Shown: positions 1 through 10,174, counted from the first letter of the stretch. The stretch is DNA of 64,000 nt from a candidate division FCPU426 bacterium (GCA_963840035.1 CAWIXE010000001.1:896001-960000); one strand, 5' to 3'. Notes: generated from the sequence alone by a model not told the origin. Numbers and translations: made by a program.

Positions 1-1
1 G

Positions 2-316
2 GAGTGGGGAAATAAATTTGAAATAACAGACGCCCTTTTATACCCGAACCCAGCCAGGCGCTACCTTGACGACATAAAGGTGAAAATAGACATTACAAGG
101 CCGGCCATGGAAACAAAGATAAGGATATTCACAGTAAACTTCAGGCTCATATATGAAAAGCCGTACGGCGCTGTAAGCGCAAGGCGGGCGGTATTGACAA
201 TCCCGGCGGCGGATTTTAAGGACTTTGCGGCAGGGGTCTATTACCTTGTAGTGACGGGACGGGATGATAAGGGCAGCGCAACATCAAAACCGAGGGTGCT
301 TATAATAATACAGTAA
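2..316 (+). CDS. C-terminus of a secreted protein with T9SS type A-like sorting domain (5' part outside window)
   Basis: Frame is open from the window edge: LLYPNPA...IRIFTVNFRLI...AAGVYYLVV...RVLIIIQ. The YPNP and GVY motifs are typical of this C-terminal domain. Confidence 0.7.
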   Translation, partial: EWGNKFEITDALLYPNPARRYLDDIKVKIDITRPAMETKIRIFTVNFRLIYEKPYGAVSARRAVLTIPAADFKDFAAGVYYLVVTGRDDKGSATSKPRVLIIIQ

Positions 317-553
317 ATATGATGTATTGAGCATTAAACGGATGTCTAACTGCAATACGGCCTCGCTGCCGCGTTTTTGCCCGGCCGGAGATAACTCGGC
401 AATGGGCGCCAAGGAAACCTTAAAAGAAGCCGGGCTATAATTCCTAAGGATAAAGCGGTCATAAGCTGCGGGGGCATAATTTCAGGCTCAGCAGTAACCC
501 CAAACTTATAACAATTATAGAACCGTCTGAAAAAATAGGCCGGATAAACCTGC

Positions 554-590
554 TTGATTAATCGGGCATAATCGGGTATAATCGGGTATA
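554..590 (+). promoter_or_regulatory. sigma70-type promoter overlapped by three 10-bp direct repeats ATCGGGYATA
   Basis: TTGATT 554-559, 17 bp spacer, TATAAT 577-582. Repeats at 561, 571 and 581. Confidence 0.65.
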
Positions 591-615
591 GTTAAAATAA
601 TTGCGGGAGAAACAT

Positions 616-1686
616 ATGATTGAAAGGATGAACAAAAGGCTTTTAGAACTGGATGGCGTTACAATTTCCAAAATATACCGGAAAATTTCCGCCATAGATG
701 AATTCAAGGGCTGGTTTAAGGCCGGGCTTGTCTTAAGCCCTCAAATACTCGGGCGCTTAAAAAAAAGCGTGGTGGTTTCTTCGACCGGCGCTTCGACCAG
801 GATTGAAGGCTCGAAAATGTCCGACGCTGAAGTAGAGGCCATGCTCAAGGGCCTGAAAGTAAACAGGTTAAAAGACAGGGATTCACAGGAAGTGGCGGGA
901 TATGCAGAGCTGACAAACACTGTTTTTGACAGCTATGACCATATAAAAATCACAGAGAGCGAAATAATGAACCTGCACAGGATATTATTAAAATATTCCG
1001 GAAAAGACGAACGTCACAAAGGCCGTTACAAAAATGTTTCCAATAAAGTGACGGCGCGGGACGGCGAAGGCAGAGTGTCGGTTGTTTTTGAGCCGACCGA
1101 ACCATACCTTGTGCAAACTGAAATGCGCGGCCTGACAGAGTGGCTGCAAAAAGCGGCAAAAGAAGAGGCGTTTCATCCGCTTTTGACAACAGCGAATTTC
1201 ATCCTGGAATTTCTGTCCATCCATCCTTTTCAGGACGGTAACGGCCGTTTAAGCCGGGTTTTGACAAATCTGATGATGCTTAAATACGGCTACAGATATG
1301 CGCAGTACGCTTCGCTGGAAAAGATTGTAGAGGATAATAAGGCTGAGTATTATCTGGCGCTGCGTAAGAGCCAGAAGAACAGGAAGAAGTCAAAAGAGGA
1401 CATAAGCCCGTGGCTTATTTTCTTTTTTGATATGCTGACAAAGCAGGCTGAGGCAGCCCGTGAAATCACTGGGGAAAAAGCGGGTGAAGACCTTTTATCC
1501 GCAAATCAGGCCGGGGTGCTTGCCATGTTTGACGGCATGGAAAGGATAACAAATAGGGATGTGGCGAAATACCTGGACACAAACCGCGATACGGCCAAAC
1601 AGATACTGAACCGGCTCCTGAAGCTTAAGATGGTAAAAAGGACAGGAGCGGGAAGAAATACGGGATATGTAAAAGTTAATAAATAG
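616..1686 (+). CDS. Fic family protein with C-terminal winged HTH
   Basis: HPFQDGNGRLSR Fic motif, STRIEG inhibitory-type motif and C-terminal ITNRDVAKYL...GAGRNTGY. GGGAG precedes ATG 616. Confidence 0.92.
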   Translation: MIERMNKRLLELDGVTISKIYRKISAIDEFKGWFKAGLVLSPQILGRLKKSVVVSSTGASTRIEGSKMSDAEVEAMLKGLKVNRLKDRDSQEVAGYAELTNTVFDSYDHIKITESEIMNLHRILLKYSGKDERHKGRYKNVSNKVTARDGEGRVSVVFEPTEPYLVQTEMRGLTEWLQKAAKEEAFHPLLTTANFILEFLSIHPFQDGNGRLSRVLTNLMMLKYGYRYAQYASLEKIVEDNKAEYYLALRKSQKNRKKSKEDISPWLIFFFDMLTKQAEAAREITGEKAGEDLLSANQAGVLAMFDGMERITNRDVAKYLDTNRDTAKQILNRLLKLKMVKRTGAGRNTGYVKVNK

Positions 1687-1744
1687 AAAAAAGCGACATC
1701 CGGAGACTTATAAACCGGAAGATAATTATTTTAAGGAGGCAAAA

Positions 1745-2365
1745 ATGCAGGATCCCAAAACGCACCTTGACAGGAATGAAACCCTTCGCAGCATAAGGGA
1801 CAGGAGGAGCATACGCACGTTCTCGGACTCCGGAGTAAGCGATAATGACCTTTTGACAATCCTTCACGCCGCCCATCAGGCGCCATCCGCGCATAATCAA
1901 CAGTCGTGGAAATTTATAGTCTTGAAAGACAAGGCAAAAAGCGACCTTGCCGCGATGGTAAATGAACGTTCGGTTAATTTCCCGAAGGCTTCGTCAGTTT
2001 TACTCAGGATGGCCTCGCGCTCCATCATAAACGCGCCGGTAGTGGTAGCGGTCATGAATACCGGCGAGCTCATAGCCAGAGGGACGGAACTTTTTAAGAT
2101 AGATAAGGAAGCCGCGCACGACTTTTTCAGGATCATGGAAGTCCAAAGCTCCGCAGCGGCCGTACAAAACATGCTCCTGGCAGCGACATCGCTGGGGCTG
2201 GGAACAGTGTGGCTCGGAGTGCTCGCGCTGATGCAGAAGGATTTGCTTACGTTCCTTGGCCAGCCCGAAGGCGAATTCATGGCCATAATCCCCATAGGCT
2301 ACGCGGCTAAACCCGGCGTCCAGCCGTCAAAACACGGGCTTGATATGGTGGTAAAGTATTTGTAA
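1745..2365 (+). CDS. nitroreductase family protein
   Basis: RRSIRTF, APSAHNQQSWKF and QNMLLAATSLGLGTVW motifs; AGGAGG RBS. Confidence 0.92.
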   Translation: MQDPKTHLDRNETLRSIRDRRSIRTFSDSGVSDNDLLTILHAAHQAPSAHNQQSWKFIVLKDKAKSDLAAMVNERSVNFPKASSVLLRMASRSIINAPVVVAVMNTGELIARGTELFKIDKEAAHDFFRIMEVQSSAAAVQNMLLAATSLGLGTVWLGVLALMQKDLLTFLGQPEGEFMAIIPIGYAAKPGVQPSKHGLDMVVKYL

Positions 2366-2374
2366 TTTTTTTGG

Positions 2375-2878
2375 TTATTTAAACAAATCCAAATACTAAA
2401 CAGGTCAAACATCCTGTTCTTTGACTGTCCTGTTGTTTCCCTGAGTATTCCATGACTGCTTAAATCCTTTACAAGCCTGGATGCGGTTGAAAAAGAAATT
2501 TTAAGATGGTGATGAGGTTCAGGTTCAATATTGGGGCAGTAAAAAACAGCATAAGAAGCTGTTTTGCAAGAGGTGCAATAAAATATTAGGATTGGGTAAA
2601 AAAGCAAAAAAGAAAGACCATCGCAATCACAGTCAAACCCGACAGGACAGTGGAAATATACATGCCCGAGGGTGCCGCCATAATTACCTTTGGCGCCACG
2701 CTTAACCCTCCCATGTACAACACGCTCATGGCCATGAGCATGTTCGGCGGGATCCTGATGCTGGCATGGTTCATAATGATAGCGCTGCGGTTCTTTAAAA
2801 TCAGCGGGAAATTTTAAAATCGATCCTGAAAGATGATGTTTGTACATCAGGTTTTTACGTTGACTGCCGTTTCATACA
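2375..2878 (-). pseudogene. decayed Fic-wHTH gene (N- and C-terminal scraps) interrupted by unrelated fragments
   Basis: Minus strand gives LKISFSTASRLVKDLSSHGILRETTGQSKNRMF, resembling the wHTH tail of the Fic at 11642. YKHHLSGS near an AAGGTGG RBS resembles the Fic N-terminus. The catalytic core is absent. Confidence 0.55.
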
Positions 2879-3255
2879 TTATTATAATCCCACCTTTTAA
2901 TTTTGCGAAATAAATGAGCTTTTAAAAGTAAATGACCCTTCAAAGTACACAATAATGGTGCTATTTCGACCAAAAAACAAGGATTATGGTCAATCACGGT
3001 TGACCAAAAATCCGGAACCGGTCAAAAATTGCAATAAATACAAGTAAATACTGGATATAATGGACATGGAAGAAATATCACAAAATTGTTGACAACAACA
3101 GGGAAGGTGGTAATATAATTTTACGATATAAAAGTGGAGGCAATACGTGCGGTTGAGCAGATGACGGGGTTATCTTTCAAACCATTCAAAAATCCAGGCC
3201 AAGAAGTATCCATGCGCATTTTTCACCCTTATAAGTCTCTACCCGGAGGAATCAA

Positions 3256-4605
3256 ATGAAAAAAATGCTATTAATTTTAGCAATGTTTCTGTCATTTAAT
3301 TTTAGTTTTGGCGCTTGCACAACCACTGAATGGGCGGTTATCTGCGATGACGGGACTGTGTCCTGCAGATTTTGCCATGTTGTAGTCGCTGCGAACGGTA
3401 TGATGCCCATAATATCAGGAATTGGCGGCAGCGGGTCATCCGGATATATATTTCATTGTTGTCCTGGTCTTTTGAATTATTTATCAGGGTTCGGGTATGA
3501 TATAGCAGCCGTTTGTCACTGTACATCAATAACTAATGTAGAATGCAGCACCGATTCCAGCGGAATAAATGGAACCGCGAATTTCGGCAACGACAGCATG
3601 GGGCAGAGCATCATTAACAGGAATCGGATTTTTGAGACCGGCGATTGGGCGGATGATAACATGCGAAAATGGGAGGCTCTGGAAGCCAGAGCATTGGCGG
3701 CCGGATTTAGTAACATGACCGATTTTGCAAGGGCCAACCCGGGAGCCACGCCGTTTGATATATTTGCCATCATGAAACAGATAAAGTGCCTGGATGACGG
3801 ATACTATGACAACGGCATTAAGCCGGCTATCAACACCATGAAAGAATCCCCGGAAAACAACAATGCGGGCATAACTTCGGGCAAACAGGGTGACGGACCA
3901 AAATGGCCCGAAGGAATAACGCCGATTGATGACGGAGGGGTTTATATAGGGAACGGGACCACACCGTTGTTGCTGCGGGACAAGGATGCGATAATTACAC
4001 CGGAACAGGCGGCAGTGATGCGCATCAATTCCACGGTTGATACAACAAGGCTTATTACCGGCAACCCTGATGAACTCCAGTCCATGCAGGATGAGCTGAC
4101 ATCGGGCCAGGATAGTTTTAATCAACAATCAAAGATTCTCGGGGAAATGGTGGAATTAACGACGGGGCCGGGAAAGGACGGGATCTATGGGGAATTGGCA
4201 AAATTTGCCGGTGAAACGATCGGCATAGGGGCGGATAACGGGGAAAAAGGCTTTAACACTATAACCGGACTAGTGACCCTATATGGAATAAAAAAATCAT
4301 TATCTGAAGGCGATAAGCTCGGTGCCCTAAGCGGAACAAAAGATTTTTTAGTTTCGCTTATCCCCGATGTATTGGGAGGTGCGGTTGCGACCGCTGCGGT
4401 AACCGGCGGTTTTACAGCATTTATAAGCAAAGAGATAGGCATAGCTACCGTCAACACATTTGACAGCGGGTTGAAGGATCTTGGGGGAACCGGAATCCTC
4501 AAAAATGGGGAAGACGCGTGGACTTCCATTAAAGGCGTTGTTAATGAAGGTTTAGGCGAAAACATTGATAAATTAAAGACATGGGCGTTAACTCCAAATC
4601 TTTAA
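3256..4605 (+). CDS. secreted hypothetical protein, Cys-rich N-terminal domain, Gly/Ala-rich hydrophobic C-terminal region
   Basis: 449 aa ORF with GGAGG RBS, signal peptide MKKMLLILAMFLSFNFSFG, and 9 Cys in the first ~100 aa. Confidence 0.75.
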   Translation: MKKMLLILAMFLSFNFSFGACTTTEWAVICDDGTVSCRFCHVVVAANGMMPIISGIGGSGSSGYIFHCCPGLLNYLSGFGYDIAAVCHCTSITNVECSTDSSGINGTANFGNDSMGQSIINRNRIFETGDWADDNMRKWEALEARALAAGFSNMTDFARANPGATPFDIFAIMKQIKCLDDGYYDNGIKPAINTMKESPENNNAGITSGKQGDGPKWPEGITPIDDGGVYIGNGTTPLLLRDKDAIITPEQAAVMRINSTVDTTRLITGNPDELQSMQDELTSGQDSFNQQSKILGEMVELTTGPGKDGIYGELAKFAGETIGIGADNGEKGFNTITGLVTLYGIKKSLSEGDKLGALSGTKDFLVSLIPDVLGGAVATAAVTGGFTAFISKEIGIATVNTFDSGLKDLGGTGILKNGEDAWTSIKGVVNEGLGENIDKLKTWALTPNL

Positions 4606-4628
4606 AAAGAATAAACAGGACGGTGGAA

Positions 4629-5621
4629 ATGAATAGAAAATTCAGAATGCTTATAACGGCGCTTATATGCCTGCAATTCGCCGCTGCCGGGATGGCCGCC
4701 AATGCAGGGCGCATAAAAAATCAAAAATTCATATCCGGGGTAGTGATCATGCTGCCAGCCAAAACGAAATTAGTATTTAGCTGGCTTATGCCGCCTCAGG
4801 AAAGCAATGGCATGAAACCGGATATAGAAAAAAATCTGCAGTTTGCGGTTGATGGAAAAGGAACGCTCTGGTTGGGCCGGGACAATGATTTGATTGCTAA
4901 TTTCAGCAGGAAACATTTTATGATAAAACTTGATGTGCCTTACCGGGAATTTGTTTCAATGGAGAATGGGATGCTGATTTTTTCCACTGACAAGTATATT
5001 GGATTTATACCCGGAATCGGAAAGAATTCGCCTATGGGTGAAGACCGTATAATGAAAGTCCCTTTTCAACCTTTAGTGGGCCTTCCTGAACCGGAAAGCA
5101 GCATCTATGCTGGCGACGGGGATATTTTGTACATAAAAGGCTTCAACGCTGAAAACGGTACGGATAATGTATATTCTTTCGGAGGGAAAGGGACATTGGA
5201 ACAGTCGACTGATAAAAGAGCAGCCTTGTGCTATAAGGAGATCTTTTCCATAAAAAAGCACATATCAGCCGTGGCCGGGAACGGGAAGAAAACATATGTA
5301 GCTATGGGGCGCATGATCGCAGAGATTACAAAAGGAATGGGCAAAATTAGGGGCTTTTTTGTCCATCCGCAGGAAGACATAACAGGAATGGCTTACAGCG
5401 AAAAATCCGGGCTCTTTTATACTACGGATTCTTTTGTCGGATACGCCGGAGAGAACGGGCCAATCGACTTTATAAGGGCACACAAACCCAGGATAGTCCT
5501 GAAAAACAACACATTATATGTTTTTATGGCCGATAATTGCGGGATCCTGAAGATAAACAATATTGATGACATGAAAAAGCATGATTTTAAATCAAAGAAA
5601 AAAAGCGGGGATGGGAAATAA
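4629..5621 (+). CDS. secreted hypothetical protein, possibly beta-propeller-like
   Basis: Signal peptide MNRKFRMLITALICLQFAAAGMAA; strand-rich motifs FAVDGKGTLWLG and ITGMAYSEKSGLFY. Confidence 0.65.
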   Translation: MNRKFRMLITALICLQFAAAGMAANAGRIKNQKFISGVVIMLPAKTKLVFSWLMPPQESNGMKPDIEKNLQFAVDGKGTLWLGRDNDLIANFSRKHFMIKLDVPYREFVSMENGMLIFSTDKYIGFIPGIGKNSPMGEDRIMKVPFQPLVGLPEPESSIYAGDGDILYIKGFNAENGTDNVYSFGGKGTLEQSTDKRAALCYKEIFSIKKHISAVAGNGKKTYVAMGRMIAEITKGMGKIRGFFVHPQEDITGMAYSEKSGLFYTTDSFVGYAGENGPIDFIRAHKPRIVLKNNTLYVFMADNCGILKINNIDDMKKHDFKSKKKSGDGK

Positions 5622-5623
5622 AC

Positions 5624-7186
5624 GTGGCCAAAACTAAAATTTGCGGTCTAAAAACAGCTGTTTTTGCGGCTTTAACTGTAATGTTTTTGTTCGAAATGCC
5701 TGCTGCGGCATGGGCCGATGTCATCCTTCCGTCCTTCAATCCCCAAAAATACTCAGCCGGGGAAATACCTTCACGCGACCCGTGGGGGGAGAAACCCTGG
5801 TTTATTGCCCCTTTTAGTGAAGCGCGCGGATACCTCGTGCTCGGGTATTTGTCCGAAGCGATGGATAAGTACAAAGCATTAAGCAACACGGTATACTGGA
5901 ATAATTTGAAGCCCGAATACGGATACCTGATGGGGCTGAACGGGTATTATGAACCGGCTATGACATACCTTGACGAGGCGCACATTAAGACACCGTCAGG
6001 GGGAAGCCCGTATTATTACGCTGGTTGGGTATTTGCTTTCGCCGGATACGGGGATATTGCAAAAAACTTCTGGAAAATAGCCCAAGGGGGTACTGACCCT
6101 GTATCGGGTATGGCTTCCGACGCATTAAACAACGGGAAAAACATCGGAGCCCAGTCATTTGCGGGACTGGATAAGGACTTTATAAAAGAACTGGATTATC
6201 CTGGAAGCGAAGGGGCTGTCATTCTTAACGTTTATCCCGGTAAATTCATGACGAAACTCCAGCCCCGCGACATAATAATACAAGCCGGGGATAAAGTAAT
6301 AGATGACACTGAAAGCCTTGCGGAAGTCATTAACAGCAGGCCTTCCGGCAGCACGCTGGGCCTGGTCGTATGGCGCGGCGGCGTGAAACAGTCGCTAGAT
6401 GTTAAGGTAAATTCCATGGAAGATATATCGGGTATGCCTGAACCGACGGGCAGAGTTTTAGAGCCGCCAAAAAAAGCAAAGGGCATGCTTGCAGGGGCAT
6501 TATCTATGTTCATAAAGAAGAGGTATTTTACCTCCATCCTTTTATACAGGCGGATAATAGAAGAATATCCCGACTGGTCCATACCGTACCTGGGATATTC
6601 GCTCGCCCTTGAAAAAGTCGGGGCATTTCAGTGCGCGAAAAAAGCCGTAGAGCAGGCTGTCAAGGCGGCTGAAAATGACCGGGAAACAAAGAATGAACTG
6701 AAGGAAAAATTAAAGCAATTAAAAACAATGCCGATAGCCGACCAGAATAGCTGGCGGCAGTCACAAGCCTTAAACAGCCTTTCCGAAAATCCTCCTGTAT
6801 ATTACCTCGGATTTGGCGGGGGTCAGTTGTCATTCGGCGGAAAAAATGGATTTTCAGGCTCGATAAGCGGCCGAATTGGAATGCTCACGAACACAAATAC
6901 CGACCTTTCCTTAAATTTAGGTTACAGCAGCGGCGGGGGAACGGTTTTTAATATGAACCTGGCACAGAGAATGTACACCGGGGATACGTTCAGTTTTAAT
7001 CCGGGTTTCAATCTTTCTTACGGAGCATCAGGGTTATCCTGCGGAGTTTCCGCAGGGGTATCATCATACATAATTAACGACAAAAACAGCATGAGCATGG
7101 ATCTTGTACTAAGCGTACCGTCTGTTTTTTCAGGAGTAAGCTTACAATCGATCCTTATGTATTTCGGAGTAACTTACTATCTTTAA
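5624..7186 (+). CDS. secreted TPR + PDZ domain protein with C-terminal beta-barrel-like region
   Basis: Signal peptide and TPR-like helices. PDZ-like GAVILNVYPG...LQPRDIIIQAGDKVI...LVVWRGG. Gly/aromatic strands end in YFGVTYYL. Confidence 0.7.
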   Translation: MAKTKICGLKTAVFAALTVMFLFEMPAAAWADVILPSFNPQKYSAGEIPSRDPWGEKPWFIAPFSEARGYLVLGYLSEAMDKYKALSNTVYWNNLKPEYGYLMGLNGYYEPAMTYLDEAHIKTPSGGSPYYYAGWVFAFAGYGDIAKNFWKIAQGGTDPVSGMASDALNNGKNIGAQSFAGLDKDFIKELDYPGSEGAVILNVYPGKFMTKLQPRDIIIQAGDKVIDDTESLAEVINSRPSGSTLGLVVWRGGVKQSLDVKVNSMEDISGMPEPTGRVLEPPKKAKGMLAGALSMFIKKRYFTSILLYRRIIEEYPDWSIPYLGYSLALEKVGAFQCAKKAVEQAVKAAENDRETKNELKEKLKQLKTMPIADQNSWRQSQALNSLSENPPVYYLGFGGGQLSFGGKNGFSGSISGRIGMLTNTNTDLSLNLGYSSGGGTVFNMNLAQRMYTGDTFSFNPGFNLSYGASGLSCGVSAGVSSYIINDKNSMSMDLVLSVPSVFSGVSLQSILMYFGVTYYL

Positions 7187-7202
7187 TAATGAGGCTAAAT
7201 TG

Positions 7203-8876
7203 ATGAAAAAGAGCATACGAATTTTAATGATGTTACCTGTGTTGTTATTATTTTATTCAGCAGTAAGTTCCGCGGATGATGCTGCTGTTTTTGTTGCGGA
7301 TTTCAAAAAAACCGCTGTTTATCGGGATTTTTTTGATGGCGCGTCCATCTCGGGAAAGGAAAACCTGGTTATTCTGGCTTCTACAAAATTCATGGCCATG
7401 GAACAGGGTGCAAGAGACGGTATTTCCAGGGAAGCGGTAAATGCCTGGAAGCAAATATCCAAAACTAATGACAGGATAGCATATGTGGAGATACGGGAAG
7501 GCAATATAAGAACAACATTATGGGAATCAAAAGGCAGGGATGCGGCTGTAATAGCGGAGCAGTGGGGACAGCAGAGAAATGCTGAAACCGGACTTAATGT
7601 ATTTTTATCAGGGGGTATGAACGGGTCCTTTGAATCAAAAGAAACTCTGGCAACCTCCGCATACGCGACTGTCGGGACATATTTTTTCCAGAACATGCTG
7701 GACTCATCTTTTAATTATAGTTACTCTAAGGGCGGGTCGTATATCCTCGGGCTAAGCGGCAGGGTTCATTTTTTGATAGACCCGAAATGGGATTTTAATC
7801 TTGGTGTTCAGGGGAGCTATGCATCCGGCGGAGGGGCGTTGGACCTGTCGGGGCTTATAGGTTTCAGTAATTTTATCGCTTACAGGAGCAGCCTTGACCT
7901 GACGCTGAGCCTGGGAGCCTCCGGAGTATGCACGCTTGGAGCCGGCATAACCCATTATTTTGACTACGGAAAAGATTTTGACAGCAGGCCTAAAACCAAT
8001 AAACAGTCTGTATACAACAGGATAGAACAGGGGTTTACATCAATCAGCACCCCGTCAAGAACCTTGTCAATGGCGGAAAATACTCCATGGCCTACTTTTA
8101 CCATGGAGCCAACGCCCCGGCCTACCCCGGCCGCCGAGCAAGTTCAGGAAGCCACGGAAATACAAACTGCGCCGGTCAGCGGGGAAACAAAGGACATACA
8201 GCCGCCTGATACCACGTCTGAAAGCACGCCGACGCCGTACGCAACGAAATATGACGGAAAAAAGGAAACGCAAAAGGAACTTGAGGAAAGGCTCAAGAAG
8301 GAAATAAGGGACGAGCTCAGGGACGAGCAAACCCAAAAAAAACCAGCGGTAAAAAAAGACGGCACTACGGCGGGGATATTCATTGAATACGACATGATGA
8401 GCTTTGGAAGGTCATTTGTGAACAATTGGACAGACTGGAACGGAAGGCTGGGGTTCGGAGATGACGGAAATTTCGGGATGGTGTTCATAATAGACGGCAT
8501 GAAATATGATGATGCCAATATGACGGGGCTCACTGTGGGCCTTGATATCGGGTTTGATATTTATCCTTTCGGGCGCTCGCCGTCGGGTTTTTATATAGGT
8601 CCGGTCATCGGCGGAAGAACCAACCATTTAAAAGTAAATCTAAAAAACAGCTACGATTTTTACACGATAGCGGCCGGAGGGGAAGCCGGAATAAGGGCGC
8701 TGATGAACTGGCTTGTCCTTGACCTGGGTTTTGCATACACCGCAGGCATAGATATCTATGGCCCTAGTTCGGAGCTGAACGTTTCAGAAATCAAACAGCA
8801 GATAAAGGGCGATTGTTTTTTCCGCGCCGGCCTGGGGGTCATGTTCTATGCATCAGACAGCTCCAAAAAAAAGTAA
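7203..8876 (+). CDS. outer-membrane-type protein: two beta-barrel-like domains joined by a Pro/Thr linker and charged helix
   Basis: Signal peptide; amphipathic strands (LGAGITHYF; DIYPFGRSPSGFYIGP; FFRAGLGVMF); PTFTMEPTPRPTP linker. Confidence 0.65.
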   Translation: MKKSIRILMMLPVLLLFYSAVSSADDAAVFVADFKKTAVYRDFFDGASISGKENLVILASTKFMAMEQGARDGISREAVNAWKQISKTNDRIAYVEIREGNIRTTLWESKGRDAAVIAEQWGQQRNAETGLNVFLSGGMNGSFESKETLATSAYATVGTYFFQNMLDSSFNYSYSKGGSYILGLSGRVHFLIDPKWDFNLGVQGSYASGGGALDLSGLIGFSNFIAYRSSLDLTLSLGASGVCTLGAGITHYFDYGKDFDSRPKTNKQSVYNRIEQGFTSISTPSRTLSMAENTPWPTFTMEPTPRPTPAAEQVQEATEIQTAPVSGETKDIQPPDTTSESTPTPYATKYDGKKETQKELEERLKKEIRDELRDEQTQKKPAVKKDGTTAGIFIEYDMMSFGRSFVNNWTDWNGRLGFGDDGNFGMVFIIDGMKYDDANMTGLTVGLDIGFDIYPFGRSPSGFYIGPVIGGRTNHLKVNLKNSYDFYTIAAGGEAGIRALMNWLVLDLGFAYTAGIDIYGPSSELNVSEIKQQIKGDCFFRAGLGVMFYASDSSKKK

Positions 8877-8897
8877 AATATCTCAGGGAGAACTGAC

Positions 8898-9779
8898 ATG
8901 AAAAAAAGAATGGATGCTTTATGCGCGGTTTTACTTGCCTTGCTATTTTTATCCGCATGCAACAAGCATAATCCATATGAACCATTTAAAAATCTTGCCG
9001 ATTACGCGGCGCTTGTGGATGTACCGGGAGGGACATACCTCCAATCCGACGGAGTATATAGCTTCGTCCATACCGTATCGTCATTTAAAATGGGTAAATA
9101 TGAAGTAACATGGGATATCTGGGAACCGGTCAAAAAGTGGGGCGACGCAAATGGCTACTCTTTTGCCATGGGAACAGGCAGCACGGGAATGCCCGTTACA
9201 AATGTGAGATGGCGTGATGTGATGGTGTGGTGCAATGCCTACAGCGTAAAGTCCGGGCTGACGCCATGTTATACTTTCGGAGGCGCGGCAATTAAAGATG
9301 CAAACAACGCGGCTGCAAGTGACAACGCGGTCTGCGTCTGGTCCAATAACGGATTCAGGCTGCCGACTGAAGGCGAGTGGCAGTATGCGGCGAGTTATAT
9401 AAACGGGACAAACTGGACGCCATTTAACTATGCCAGCGGGGCGAATGCGTATTACGGCAATACGACAGAGAATAACAGAGTGTCATGGACAAGCGCAAAT
9501 TCCGGGCTTGTCAAACATACGGCCGGCACCAGAGAAGCCAATTATCTGGGAATCTTCGATATGACAGGCAATGTCTGGGAATTGTGCTGGGATTTTTACG
9601 GCGCGTACCCGGGCACATCGACAGATTACAGGGGACCATCAAGCGGCACACAGAGGGTGACCAAGGGTGGAAGTTACATTAGATCTGTTTATTACTACGG
9701 GGAAGTTGGCTCCCGTGCCTCGGAATATTCTTATATTGCAGGCGAGGATATAGGATTCCGCATCGCAAGGTCTTTTTAG
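8898..9779 (+). CDS. FGE-sulfatase (SUMF1/CLec-fold) domain lipoprotein
   Basis: Lipobox LSAC; FKMGKYEVT, FRLPTEGEWQYAA, NYLGIFDMTGNVWE, RVTKGGS and IGFRIAR motifs. Confidence 0.9.
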   Translation: MKKRMDALCAVLLALLFLSACNKHNPYEPFKNLADYAALVDVPGGTYLQSDGVYSFVHTVSSFKMGKYEVTWDIWEPVKKWGDANGYSFAMGTGSTGMPVTNVRWRDVMVWCNAYSVKSGLTPCYTFGGAAIKDANNAAASDNAVCVWSNNGFRLPTEGEWQYAASYINGTNWTPFNYASGANAYYGNTTENNRVSWTSANSGLVKHTAGTREANYLGIFDMTGNVWELCWDFYGAYPGTSTDYRGPSSGTQRVTKGGSYIRSVYYYGEVGSRASEYSYIAGEDIGFRIARSF

Positions 9780-9922
9780 AAATCAACATAGAAACTTATT
9801 AAAATTGATTACCTTTCAAAACCGCAGTATAATCTTTACATAAGTTACTAATTCGACGGCTGGAGCGATAATGAAACGATTTGTTGCGGCCATTAAAGCA
9901 CACTTTCAAACCCGGAGGTTAA

Positions 9923-10174
9923 GGATTAAAAACTTCGATTTTGTGGTTGCCAATCCGCCTTTCAGCTACAATCATGGTCCAACGGCGTGGACATTAATAA
10001 TGACCCGCATGAACGCTTTACCGGGTTTGGCGTGCCTCCAGCAAAAAACGGCGATTATGCGTTTTTGCTCCATATTATCCGTTCAATGAAAACCAGAGCA
10101 AAAGGCGCTGTAATATTGCCGCATGGAGTTTTATTCCGCGGAAATACGGAAGGCAATAACAGGACTAATATCAT
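9923..10174 (+). pseudogene. hsdM: internal fragment of type I R-M methyltransferase HsdM
   Basis: FDFVVANPPFSY then, after a frameshift, GVPPAKNGDYAFLLHII...GAVILPHGVLFRG. Truncated at both ends. Confidence 0.85.

Noticed and set aside
385..440. HicA toxin remnant (..KETLKEAGL stop)
   Set aside because: Only about 10 residues of resemblance, too short to support.
3120..3255. Riboswitch in the leader of the secreted operon
   Set aside because: No recognisable aptamer consensus or terminator.
9640..9779. DGR variable region in the FGE-domain lipoprotein
   Set aside because: The fold is a known DGR target, but I found no adenine-variant template repeat and no reverse transcriptase in the window. 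A remote DGR cannot be excluded.
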